From Promethearchaeati archaeon (GTDB lineage Archaea > Asgardarchaeota > Heimdallarchaeia > Heimdallarchaeales > Heimdallarchaeaceae), in NCBI GenBank assembly GCA_013166775.1, contig JABLTJ010000009.1, forward strand, positions 35,931-99,930: 64,000 nt of DNA, in the 5' to 3' direction. Numbering within the stretch: position 1 is the stretch's first letter; every line of letters begins with the position of its first letter. A program made the position numbers and the translations under genes. This document shows, in pieces, positions 38,706 through 48,539 of this stretch. The notes beneath the pieces were generated by a model. That model was not told the DNA's origin. It made no database searches and saw nothing but the letters and a program-made list of their open reading frames with translations.

Positions 38706-40271
38706 ATGGGAAATGAATCTTTTTCAAGATTAATAGAAAATTGTGATTTTATGAAAAGAAAACTCTTAGTTTATACGTTAATAATAACATTGATTTCTTC
38801 TTTCGTTGGTTTCAATCAATTAGTTGAAGGTTCACTTGAAATTGAAGTTCAACAGAAAAATCTAGCTGATTTTCAGATTCCTCAATTCGATAATACCGTT
38901 ATAATTACTTGGGATGGTGCTTCATCCAAATATATGGACAAATATCTAGATGATGGATCACTTGTGAATACTCTTGAACTTTTAGAAACAGGATATAGAC
39001 AAAAAATCAGAATAACGTCTCATAAAACAAGTACTGATCCAGGTCTTTGTACTATAGAATCAGGTTATGGCCCTGAAATCCATGGAATAACTTACAATAT
39101 GTGGGGTGAGGGTACTATAAAACTTTCAATACCAGATAATCTTACTATCTCAGAACGATTAAAAGACACTTTCGGAGATGAAGTTAAAACAGGCTTAGTT
39201 TTCGCTTGGGGTCTAACTGATAATATAAATTGGACTTATATAAATCAGGCAGAGACAAGAGGATCAATATACGATAACAGCATGAGTGAAATAGATTACC
39301 TGATAGCTTCTGCGAACCTTTCTTGGCAGCCTGATGATCCTGAATCCAGAGCAGCAGCTTATCATGGTTTTGATGAAGGACTTGGAATGTACAAATCACC
39401 CGTATTAACATCAGATTATCTGGGTCAGAAAGCTGCAGAATGGATTCCTACAGTTAAGAATGATAGATTCTACTTGAGAGTTCACTTAACTCAACCAGAT
39501 CAAGAAGGCCACGGGTACGGTGATAGTTCTTCAGAATATAAAGCTGCTCTGAAAGAATGTGATGATGCAGTAGGTTTGATTTTAGATGAACTCGAAGATG
39601 CAAATATTCTTGATAAGACCTTAGTAATGGTTGGAACAGATCACGGTATGTATGGTACAGGTCATAATGCAGGTCCTTGGCCAGATGTTGCAGATGATCT
39701 GAATGAACTTGTGTATGTAATCAGTCATGATTCTATGCGACATGAAGAATCTATAGCAGTTAGCCAACAAGATATTGCCCCTACAGTTCTTGCAGCCATG
39801 GGAGTTGATCTATCTCTACTTACTCCGGCTTACATTGATGATGCTGATACTGGAATTCCTTTCTGGGAAAAAACAGATAGTACAGACCCTAGTATCAAAA
39901 TTGTTTTTTATAAAACAGATAAAATGGATAATTTTGATATTCTTTCTAATGATATAGAGATCAAAGGAAATTTTGACATAAAATTAGACATCAAAGAATG
40001 GAGTCCACTAAGAACTGCGACTCTGCAAATTAGTGATAATACCATTAATGCAGATTTTAATTCATCAAGAAGAGTTGATTGGTTCGATGTAAATCCTAAA
40101 GATAGTGGAACAGGAGTTCAATCCCTAATCTTCACACTTATTGATCCATTCGGAAATGAAGCTACAGAAGAATTTAGCCTAACCTTAAAAGCTCCATCAG
40201 CTTTTTGGATCTCAATTTTACCGATACTTGTAATAAGTACAGTTATCACGTTGAAACGAAAAAAAAGATAA
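38706..40271 (+). CDS. Secreted alkaline phosphatase superfamily (NPP/phosphodiesterase-like) protein with a C-terminal anchor
   Basis: 'IITWDG', 'TSTDPG', 'PDQEGH', 'TDHG', 'DIAPTVL'; start probably ATG 38751. Confidence 0.82.
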   Translation: MGNESFSRLIENCDFMKRKLLVYTLIITLISSFVGFNQLVEGSLEIEVQQKNLADFQIPQFDNTVIITWDGASSKYMDKYLDDGSLVNTLELLETGYRQKIRITSHKTSTDPGLCTIESGYGPEIHGITYNMWGEGTIKLSIPDNLTISERLKDTFGDEVKTGLVFAWGLTDNINWTYINQAETRGSIYDNSMSEIDYLIASANLSWQPDDPESRAAAYHGFDEGLGMYKSPVLTSDYLGQKAAEWIPTVKNDRFYLRVHLTQPDQEGHGYGDSSSEYKAALKECDDAVGLILDELEDANILDKTLVMVGTDHGMYGTGHNAGPWPDVADDLNELVYVISHDSMRHEESIAVSQQDIAPTVLAAMGVDLSLLTPAYIDDADTGIPFWEKTDSTDPSIKIVFYKTDKMDNFDILSNDIEIKGNFDIKLDIKEWSPLRTATLQISDNTINADFNSSRRVDWFDVNPKDSGTGVQSLIFTLIDPFGNEATEEFSLTLKAPSAFWISILPILVISTVITLKRKKR

Positions 40272-40288
40272 TTTTTTTCTTTCTTTTT

Positions 40289-40744
40289 TTATTCTATTTG
40301 TCCCCAAGTGAGAAATTTACCATCTTTTCTTTTAACTAATACTGTACCAAATTTTCTCCATTGTTCTTCTCTGAATCTTGTCATTCGATAAGCTTCTTCA
40401 TCTTGAACCTTTTTTGTACCTTTTAACAATTCTATTTTTTTCTTTTCGTCATCAAAAAACAGTTTCCGTATATATTTTCCTTCTTTAGGATCTTTTTGTA
40501 TATCTTCAGCAAGATCCATGATTTGCTCTACGGGGAGAAGAGAAAAAAATGATTGATGTTCTGTAAAATAAACGGAGCCAGGACAAACTTTTTCATTTTC
40601 GGATTGTTTCTTACATTCTGTGCAAAACACTAGTTGACATCCATTACAAATTTCCCACCCTTCCAATGCAGCTTCTTTTACTGTATTCATCTTATTACAT
40701 AAAGCACATCTAATGTAGAATTGCATTGCTTCCGTATTCTTCAA
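40289..40744 (-). CDS. Zn-finger (RING-like, Nse1-type spacing) protein, last gene of the SMC operon
   Basis: CALC...CNGC-x4-CTEC-x9-CPG...H; start overlaps the upstream stop. Confidence 0.6.
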   Translation of the reverse strand: MKNTEAMQFYIRCALCNKMNTVKEAALEGWEICNGCQLVFCTECKKQSENEKVCPGSVYFTEHQSFFSLLPVEQIMDLAEDIQKDPKEGKYIRKLFFDDEKKKIELLKGTKKVQDEEAYRMTRFREEQWRKFGTVLVKRKDGKFLTWGQIE

Positions 40745-41349
40745 ATCTTTCTAAACTCCCTAGCTATTTTACGCCTTTCCTTTTCTCCAAATTCTATCCT
40801 CACTCTATAATTATACTTCCACTCATTTTGTTTTCTTTCAATATAGCCTTGCCTGACTAGTTTACGAATTGTATTTTCAACAAAATACTCTTTCATTTTA
40901 CCTGTTACAACGAGCTTTTCTTTAATTTTCTCAGTTGTAATTGGTTCTTTCGATTTACCTTCTATTAGTCCAATAATAGTACCAAGTACAGCTAATTCAC
41001 CTTTTTCTAATTCTGATGGAGCATAGAAATTAGAACGTAAACAATACCATCTCTCTCCTTTAATTTCATATTCTAATACTTCTAACCCAAGAACCTCAAC
41101 AAATCCCTTATATTCTTCGAGTGTCTCTCTCAGAGTATTTATATCAAACCTTGTTGCTAGTAGTAAATCCATCTCTGAGCAACCGAATACCATTGTTTTC
41201 TCTTTAATCCATTTCCTGGATAAAATAGTTGTGAGTTCTTTGAAAAGTTCTCCTTTATCCGAATCAGCTATTGTTGCAGGGAGTTTGATAATGTTCATTT
41301 CTTCATCTTCCTCATGAGAAGAAAACTCCTCTTGAGGTGGCTCTTCCAT
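40741..41349 (-). CDS. KITE (tandem winged-helix; Nse1/Nse3-MAGE-like) SMC accessory subunit
   Basis: 'LAVLGTIIGLI....ITTEKIKEKL...IRKLVRQGYIER....W.Y..RVRIEF' resembles WH-B of Nse1/Nse3; located in the SMC operon. Confidence 0.65.
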   Translation of the reverse strand: MEEPPQEEFSSHEEDEEMNIIKLPATIADSDKGELFKELTTILSRKWIKEKTMVFGCSEMDLLLATRFDINTLRETLEEYKGFVEVLGLEVLEYEIKGERWYCLRSNFYAPSELEKGELAVLGTIIGLIEGKSKEPITTEKIKEKLVVTGKMKEYFVENTIRKLVRQGYIERKQNEWKYNYRVRIEFGEKERRKIAREFRKI

Positions 41350-41366
41350 CAGATTTCACCTTCTTT

Positions 41367-42122
41367 TTATTTTTTTACTGGTGACAGCAAAACTGAGCTT
41401 GAAACTCCCTCGATTTGATTTTCATCAGTAAGCTCTTCAAAGAGTAATTTATCTCCCTCAAGAATGACTTGAATCTTTTTTTCACTGATCATCTTTGATA
41501 GAAGCTCAGCTTCAATTGATGATAACATCACATTAAGTGCTTCACGATTAAACTTTTTCCCTACAAATTTATCATAGATATCTCTTTCAATACTCATATA
41601 ATCACTTTTGCTAAAAATAATATTCTTCAACGGAATGACATATTCTTTATTTTTGGATATGAAACTTTCAAGTTCTGATTCTGATTCCAAAAGGATTTCA
41701 TCTGTTTCAAGAAATGTTCCTATATCAGACACAGGAATAGAATTCTCTCCTTCTATAGCAAATACTGCTTGACTTAATTTCGAAACCAGAAACGCGAATT
41801 GTTCTAATCTCTTCTCCGGATACAATAATTGTTCTAGATAGCTTTTCTCTCTTAGTTCACTCATGTCAATGAAATCACTATAGAGAGCTGAATCAATGAG
41901 ATTTTCTTTTAGATTTTTAAGATAGAGATATGCATCAGAAACCCTTACTCTATCATCTTCTGACTCTTGAACTCCTACAATCGTTTTTACTTTTAGAGAT
42001 CTCGAATATTTTTTCTCTAGTTCAAATAGAGTTTGGAATACAACCTCAGCCCAATTGCTAATTTCATCTACTTTAGAACCTTCAGAAATCTTTCCATCAT
42101 TTACTAAATCGTGATCCGTCAT
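41367..42122 (-). CDS. Putative kleisin (Nse4/ScpA-like)
   Basis: Translationally coupled (ATGA) to the SMC gene. Size and N-terminal helical 'SALYSDFIDMSELREKSYLEQLL' are compatible with a kleisin; the call rests mainly on context. Confidence 0.45.
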   Translation of the reverse strand: MTDHDLVNDGKISEGSKVDEISNWAEVVFQTLFELEKKYSRSLKVKTIVGVQESEDDRVRVSDAYLYLKNLKENLIDSALYSDFIDMSELREKSYLEQLLYPEKRLEQFAFLVSKLSQAVFAIEGENSIPVSDIGTFLETDEILLESESELESFISKNKEYVIPLKNIIFSKSDYMSIERDIYDKFVGKKFNREALNVMLSSIEAELLSKMISEKKIQVILEGDKLLFEELTDENQIEGVSSSVLLSPVKK

Positions 42123-45094
42123 TCTCTCATCTCTGTTTTAGTAACTTTGCTTTCAATCAATACTTTGTGTGAGAATTCTTTCGAAAGATCTACATCATCT
42201 AACATTGGAGTTATTAGGATAAATTGTGGAGTGATAATTCTGTTCTCCCTCGCTAAATTATAAGTAGCAAGAGCCATTGAAAAAGCTAACGCTCTATTCT
42301 TTTTGTCAAGTTTTTGAGTGAATTCATCTATTGCATGTATAGGTGAATGGTTAATCATATGAAGTGCTAATATTATAGCCTGAGCAATTAGTGTTTTTTC
42401 TCCTCCAGATAATTGACGATAGCTTCTCTTATCACCTTTTGTTTCAGCTTCTATAATTAATTCAGCATTCCTTTCTTCATTGTAATTTGTAATCTTAACT
42501 GATATTGTGTCAAAAGTATCCCGCAACAACAAGTTCAACATTCGATTTAAATGAGAGATTATATTATACAATCCTCCTTCCCATTCATCAATTCGTCTTT
42601 CTAAATCTTTTTTAAGATTCTTTAAATGAATCACATTTGCTTGAGCTTCTTTTTCTATTTCATCTACTATCTTTTTCTGATTTTCAACGCTTTCTGATGA
42701 TATATCGGGAGTAATCTCTAATAATTCCAATTGCCCTTTAATCTTATTATACTCTGAAAATATTTCTACTCTATCTTCTCTTATTTCTGCAGGAGTTTCT
42801 CCTTTTTCTTTTGCAAACTTGAGAAGTTGTTTATTTCTTGTTTTAAGTTCTTCTACTTCCATAGATAGAAGTTCTATATGCTTGAGTATTTTCTCTCTTT
42901 TATCTCTGAGGTTTTGAAGATTTTGGGATACTTTATCTATCTTCTGTTTCTCTTTGTCAATAATCTCTTGTTGGTTTTTTAGTTCCTTTTCTGCTTCTAC
43001 TAGTTCATTGTTTAATATTGTAATCTTCTCTTCTAGTTGAGAATTTTCTTCATTATCAACTTCATATTGTGCTTCAAATTCAGTTTTCAGATTCTCTAAT
43101 TTGAGAAATTCTTTTTCCAATTCATCTTGTGTTGCAGTCCAAGGTTTAAGTTTAGATTCCATCTCTCTTTGGTAGACCTCAAGTGATGAAATGTATATAA
43201 TGTATTCTTGCTCTTTGTTTTTTAGTCCTTCAATTTTATTATATAAGTTATCTAATTGTTCTCTAATTCTCTCTATCGATTGATATTTACCTAAATCCAC
43301 TCCTAGTTTCACATTATATGGTTGTGGAGGTCTTCCAAAAGCTTCCAGAGAGAGATAAAAGCTTGAACCATCAGCTGTTAGAATATTAGCTTTTGATTGT
43401 CTAGCAAAATCAGTTAGAATATTAGGAGATAGATGAGGTAATGCAAGAACTATTTTGCAGAATTTTCGAAGGAACATCTTTACTTGAGGAGGAGATTCTA
43501 CTAGATTAACAACAAAATCAATAACGCCATCTGGTTTCTTATCTAATTTTTGACTAAACAAATAGTCAGGTTTAGGCCCTTCTTTTTCTTCTAAAATCCT
43601 TCCTACAGTTATATTAGGTTTATACTGAAAGAATACCTCATCATAAATTTTCTTTGCTTCTTCATAAGCTTCTTGAGTTGTAGCAACAAAACTATAGAGA
43701 TATTTGCCAATTGCAGATTTTATAACATTCTCATATTCTTGGAACTCAGATTTTATCTCTAATACTTCATATAAAGGACCAATGATCTCATCCTTGAAGC
43801 TGGATGTTCTAATCCGTTCTTGGTATGTAATTGTGTTTTTGATTAGGTTTCTTTCATAGTTGCTTAAGTTACCGTAAATTTCTGATCTTTCATCAATCCT
43901 CTTCTTTATTGATTCTTCTTCTTCTATATTTTTTTCCAATTCAAAAACTATTGATTCTTTTTGAAAAATTAGTGCTTTCAATTTAGATTTAAGATTATCT
44001 AATTCTTCCTGCAATTGAATTTTCTTTTCCAATCCCTCACTTGTATTAAGATTTTTGAAATCTTTAATCTGCTTAACAATCTCTGATATTTTTTTTTCTA
44101 AATTTAGAAATTTCCTCTCCTTCTCCTCTTTTTGACCTTTCAGCTGATTCAATTTATCTGACTTTTTTTGTAATTTAATTTTGAAATCTAAACTTATTTC
44201 CTCTAGTTCTTTACACTTAACTAGTAAATCTTCATGTTCCTTATTTTTGTTAAATGCTTTTTCCTTAGTTTTTGAGAATTCAGTTTCTTTATTCTTTAAT
44301 TCTGACTTTACCTCTTTGAATTGCTTCTGTGATTCTAAGGAATCATACCAGTGAAGTTCTTTTTCCACTTCTTCATATCTTGTGATCAATTCTTTTTTCT
44401 TTTGCATTCTTTCTAAATTTTCTTCTAGCTTGGAAAGTTTATTTTGTTCTTTTTCCAATTGTAAAATTAATGGAGAGATTTCTTTTTCTTTCTCATCAAC
44501 ACGTTTCATTGAATCCAAATAGCTTGTAAAAATTTCCTTCAAACCCGTTGCTGCTAAAAGAGTGCTTAGTTTTTTATGAGGAGAACCGTCCGCAAAAGAA
44601 CTTAGATAACCCTCTTCTGTAAAATTAAGCATTGTATCCTCATAAATTCCTATGCTTTTCATTAATCTTTGAACTTGAGCTCGAGTAATATCCTTCGACT
44701 TACCTTTTGCAACTATTTTTCTTTTTATTCTTCCATTTGCTGATATCTCAATCTCAAGAAAGAAGGATTCATTGTTTGCTATCGATATTAGATCAGGATC
44801 AGTTACTGTTATAAGTCTTTGTTCAGATAAAGAAGGATTATTTAGCTCAAGTTGTATGGAACATTTACTACCAAACTGTCCTACTAAATCTTTTGAAGAA
44901 CCTAAGGAAACCCTACTCGGAGTGTGCCCTACTGCGAGTATTAATGCTTCCAATATTTGTGTCTTCCCGCTGCCATTTGCCCCTGATATAACCGTTATTG
45001 GTAGTTCTTCAAGATTTAACTCTGTTTGTTTATGCATCTTGAAGTTTTGAAGCTTTAGGCTTTTGAAGATATAGTTATCTTGAGCTAAAGTCAT
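42119..45094 (-). CDS. SMC family ATPase, SMC5/6-like (ClsN/coalescin-related)
   Basis: Walker A GANGSGKT, two coiled coils, hinge 'IIGPLYEVLEI...AIGKYLYSFVA' lacking the GX6GX3GG motif, signature LSGGEKT, Walker B/D-loop 'AIDEFTQKLD'; 991 aa. Confidence 0.85.
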   Translation of the reverse strand: MTLAQDNYIFKSLKLQNFKMHKQTELNLEELPITVISGANGSGKTQILEALILAVGHTPSRVSLGSSKDLVGQFGSKCSIQLELNNPSLSEQRLITVTDPDLISIANNESFFLEIEISANGRIKRKIVAKGKSKDITRAQVQRLMKSIGIYEDTMLNFTEEGYLSSFADGSPHKKLSTLLAATGLKEIFTSYLDSMKRVDEKEKEISPLILQLEKEQNKLSKLEENLERMQKKKELITRYEEVEKELHWYDSLESQKQFKEVKSELKNKETEFSKTKEKAFNKNKEHEDLLVKCKELEEISLDFKIKLQKKSDKLNQLKGQKEEKERKFLNLEKKISEIVKQIKDFKNLNTSEGLEKKIQLQEELDNLKSKLKALIFQKESIVFELEKNIEEEESIKKRIDERSEIYGNLSNYERNLIKNTITYQERIRTSSFKDEIIGPLYEVLEIKSEFQEYENVIKSAIGKYLYSFVATTQEAYEEAKKIYDEVFFQYKPNITVGRILEEKEGPKPDYLFSQKLDKKPDGVIDFVVNLVESPPQVKMFLRKFCKIVLALPHLSPNILTDFARQSKANILTADGSSFYLSLEAFGRPPQPYNVKLGVDLGKYQSIERIREQLDNLYNKIEGLKNKEQEYIIYISSLEVYQREMESKLKPWTATQDELEKEFLKLENLKTEFEAQYEVDNEENSQLEEKITILNNELVEAEKELKNQQEIIDKEKQKIDKVSQNLQNLRDKREKILKHIELLSMEVEELKTRNKQLLKFAKEKGETPAEIREDRVEIFSEYNKIKGQLELLEITPDISSESVENQKKIVDEIEKEAQANVIHLKNLKKDLERRIDEWEGGLYNIISHLNRMLNLLLRDTFDTISVKITNYNEERNAELIIEAETKGDKRSYRQLSGGEKTLIAQAIILALHMINHSPIHAIDEFTQKLDKKNRALAFSMALATYNLARENRIITPQFILITPMLDDVDLSKEFSHKVLIESKVTKTEMRE

Positions 45095-45212
45095 TCAGTT
45101 ATCACTAGTTTTACCTTTAGGATTCTAGCGACAAAACAGTATTTAAAACAAGCTATTATACAGAACAAAAGTCAAAGTAAAAACAATAAAAGAAAAAGAA
45201 AAAGAAAAAGAA

Positions 45213-48200
45213 TTAAGGTTTGATTTTTTTCTTCAAGGTGACTGCAACTGCTGTAACAAAGATTGTTCCAATTGACCAGAATAGTGCATCATATGAGCCT
45301 AATCTGCGGGTTTGATCTCCTCCACCGAAAACATCAGCTCCTGCTGAGGTTCCTGTTTGAGTAGACTCTCCGTAATCTTCCCAATCTTGTTCGTCCTGAG
45401 TTTGACCATTCATCGAATACAATAATGGAGTTTCAGTTTCGTCTCCTTCAATAGGATCTTCACCAAGTTCGTTAGCAAATCTGCTGTCATATATGATATA
45501 GATACCAGGAATAAAACATCCATGGCTTGTTAGGAACAACCATCTTATGATAATTGTTATTGATTCACCAGGTAGTAACTCAATTCCTTGGAACAGAATT
45601 ATACCCATTCCGTGAGAGATTCCATCAACTATGTCTCCTTCAGAAGAAGATCTAGTAATTAGCTCCATTTCAGTAGCATTGTAGAATTGCATAGCAGTAA
45701 TATGTGTAGCGCTTTCACCTACGTTAGTGATTACAATTGTAACCTCTAATTCCCAAGGTGCATCTTCAGGAATAAATATTGCTGCATCGACAGAAATTTC
45801 TAACACTGGTTGTGGGAATGCGGGTCTCATTTCTTCAGTTGCTGGTAGAAGTATAGCCCAATCCATATTAGATAGAACTACTTGATGAGTTTCTCCTGCT
45901 CCTTCAAAGATTGCATATAATCCTGGAGCAAAATCAACTTCTGTATCAGCAAGTGTATTTTGACCAACATCACTGTCGAAGTAAACAATAGCATAAACAG
46001 AATGAATTCCTAAGAAAGAATTAGCTTCAACATATGCAGAATCACTGTATGTTACGCCTTCTGCTACTATTCCAACGTCGTCATAATAGAATATTTCTGG
46101 ATCTTTAATTTGCCAATCATTACCCATTGTTCCATGAACAAGATATAATTTAACATTTTCTGCATCCAGATTACCTGTATTTTCTATTGAGTAATCAACT
46201 CTTACAGGATCACCTACTGTGTAACCTACATCATCAAGAGATACTTGAACATTCAGAACTGCTTCATCGTCGGCTAATTGCAAGTTGATACCATTGCTAA
46301 ATCCAAAGTATTCAAATCCCTCAGGATCATTATAGCTAAATCTTGCTCCTCCTGAGAACCATATGTCTAACCAAGGATCGTAATAGCTTATTGGACGACT
46401 GTATGTGAATGTGCTTCCTGGATCTTTATCACCGAAAATTAACCTTAATAGATCATAACCTGTTCTTTTCATTGTAGATAATTGTAGAGCAGGATGTGGA
46501 TCACCTAGATATACTGGTGCAACACCCATAACGCCAAATTGAATATTATCGGTTGCTGGAACATTATCTAAAGCCCAACTGAGTGTCTCAGTTCCTCCAT
46601 TTCCTGCTAAGAAAGGTATTGTTGAATTCAAGAATACTTGTTCATATGAGTCTGATCCTATTTCACCAACATCTCTTGTACTAATTCCAAAGTCCATAAA
46701 ATCTGGTACAAATATTGGAACTAATTCGTAGAGTAAATCATATAGTTCATCTCCTGCAGCTACAACAGAAGCAATAGCTTCAGTTTTATAATTAGCTAAA
46801 ATAGCGTTAATTGTTGGAACAATATCCAATACTGAGTTGATAGGATAATCATTAAGATTTATGTCAGCAAGAAAATCTGTTGCTTTATCTACTAAGATTT
46901 GTGGAAGACCATCTGGAGAAGTTAATTTTGCCTCGGTTGTAACATCGCCGAATACCCCCATTACTTCATAAAATGCTAGATCTGTTTTTACAACCTCTTC
47001 TTTCATTGCATGGTTGTAATCTACCCATTCAGCTGTGGTATCATTAACATACCATCCATCAAGTACTAACACTGTTTGAGTGAAAACCAAAGGTTCAGTA
47101 TATGATGCAAATAAGGCACCACCAAAAGTCAATGTTACAGTAGCATTTATTTCTGTAAGAATTCCTTCATCAATAGTTACACCTGGAACAAGTGTTGGTA
47201 AATCTGGTTTTGTTGCCATGAAATTTAGAAATTCAGGACCCAATGCATATCTGATATCAATATTTTCAGCATCTTCAGGTCCAGTATTTGTTACTGTATA
47301 ATCTAATTGCAATCTGCCATCCATATTAAGCATTGTTTGATTATATTCCATATTAACTGATACTCTTGGAACAGAGGCTAACCTAGTGTGATCAATATTA
47401 TATGTAACTATATAATCCATTGCTGGTCTAGGAGCTGCCCAAGGTACATTTAATACCCAATCCATTTTACCTGTAATTTGAGGTGCAAAGTTATTAGGTC
47501 TTGGATCCATTGAGAGTGGATTGATTGTATATGGGAATCGGAATTTAACGGTTGAATATATAATCCAAGGAGTTATACTTGGTCCAATAGTTGTACCAAA
47601 TAGATTGTGTGTTGATAGAGTATAAATTCCTCCACTTTCAGTTATCGCATCTTCATCAACATAGTAAACTCCCCTAACAGGATGTTTAATTCCTTCTAGG
47701 AATGCTTCACCAATGATAATTGCTTTCACTGGAGATGAAGTAACATCTGATGAGCTGATTTCGGATACTAAACCACCACTGATATCTGTTTGAATCTCTG
47801 ATAACAAAGTACCGAATAGAGAAGTTTCCATTCCTCCTGTAAAGAAGTAAAGGAAGTTTCCATTATCAAGTTCTTGAGCTCTTGCCCACATTAAACCAAC
47901 GCCATAAGTTGATGCAAAAAGTATTGCAATATTCACGGCTTTAGCGAGACTAGCATCAGGACCCAAAGAAGCTTTTATTTCAACAACTAAAGTTGCGTTT
48001 TCAGGAGCTCTGAAGGGTCTTCTCATCAAGTAAGGATGGTAGTTAGCTTGATCTGAAGCAATAAAATACCAATTGACTACATTACTATCAAAGAAAGAGC
48101 TAGAGGTTATAGAGGGAGCAACAGCGCCTATTAATAACAACTGAACTAATGCTGCGGAATCAATACCGGCAACAATGTTCATTTCTTCAATTAAAATTGG

Positions 48201-48329
48201 ACTATCAGCTAATTGGCTTGAACGAAGACTGGATGCTGAGATCTGTGCTTGTGTAACAGCACCACTTACTGTAAGAAGTATAATTGTCAAACCTAATATG
48301 GCTGAACCCAATATTGCCTTGTTTTTCAT
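45213..48329 (-). CDS. Large secreted cell-surface/S-layer-like protein with Ig/CARDB-like domains and a C-terminal anchor
   Basis: Signal peptide; repeated 'Y.V.N.G..DAEN' Ig-like modules; acidic; TM + KKKIKP. Confidence 0.7.
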   Translation of the reverse strand: MKNKAILGSAILGLTIILLTVSGAVTQAQISASSLRSSQLADSPILIEEMNIVAGIDSAALVQLLLIGAVAPSITSSSFFDSNVVNWYFIASDQANYHPYLMRRPFRAPENATLVVEIKASLGPDASLAKAVNIAILFASTYGVGLMWARAQELDNGNFLYFFTGGMETSLFGTLLSEIQTDISGGLVSEISSSDVTSSPVKAIIIGEAFLEGIKHPVRGVYYVDEDAITESGGIYTLSTHNLFGTTIGPSITPWIIYSTVKFRFPYTINPLSMDPRPNNFAPQITGKMDWVLNVPWAAPRPAMDYIVTYNIDHTRLASVPRVSVNMEYNQTMLNMDGRLQLDYTVTNTGPEDAENIDIRYALGPEFLNFMATKPDLPTLVPGVTIDEGILTEINATVTLTFGGALFASYTEPLVFTQTVLVLDGWYVNDTTAEWVDYNHAMKEEVVKTDLAFYEVMGVFGDVTTEAKLTSPDGLPQILVDKATDFLADINLNDYPINSVLDIVPTINAILANYKTEAIASVVAAGDELYDLLYELVPIFVPDFMDFGISTRDVGEIGSDSYEQVFLNSTIPFLAGNGGTETLSWALDNVPATDNIQFGVMGVAPVYLGDPHPALQLSTMKRTGYDLLRLIFGDKDPGSTFTYSRPISYYDPWLDIWFSGGARFSYNDPEGFEYFGFSNGINLQLADDEAVLNVQVSLDDVGYTVGDPVRVDYSIENTGNLDAENVKLYLVHGTMGNDWQIKDPEIFYYDDVGIVAEGVTYSDSAYVEANSFLGIHSVYAIVYFDSDVGQNTLADTEVDFAPGLYAIFEGAGETHQVVLSNMDWAILLPATEEMRPAFPQPVLEISVDAAIFIPEDAPWELEVTIVITNVGESATHITAMQFYNATEMELITRSSSEGDIVDGISHGMGIILFQGIELLPGESITIIIRWLFLTSHGCFIPGIYIIYDSRFANELGEDPIEGDETETPLLYSMNGQTQDEQDWEDYGESTQTGTSAGADVFGGGDQTRRLGSYDALFWSIGTIFVTAVAVTLKKKIKP

Positions 48330-48539
48330 TTTAGACCTCCAAAAATTTTGTCTAATATTATTTAAGCTAAATTCTTAATATAAGTATTATTTTAGATTCC
48401 ACTAAAGAAATAAAGTTCGGGAAAAATCGAAGATGCTGAAAGAGGGTTTTAGTCGCTATTGTACAAAATTTCCAGCCATTTTTACTTATTTTTCACCGCC
48501 AAAAAATAGCAGTGAAAGAATATAATTATTTTCGTATTA

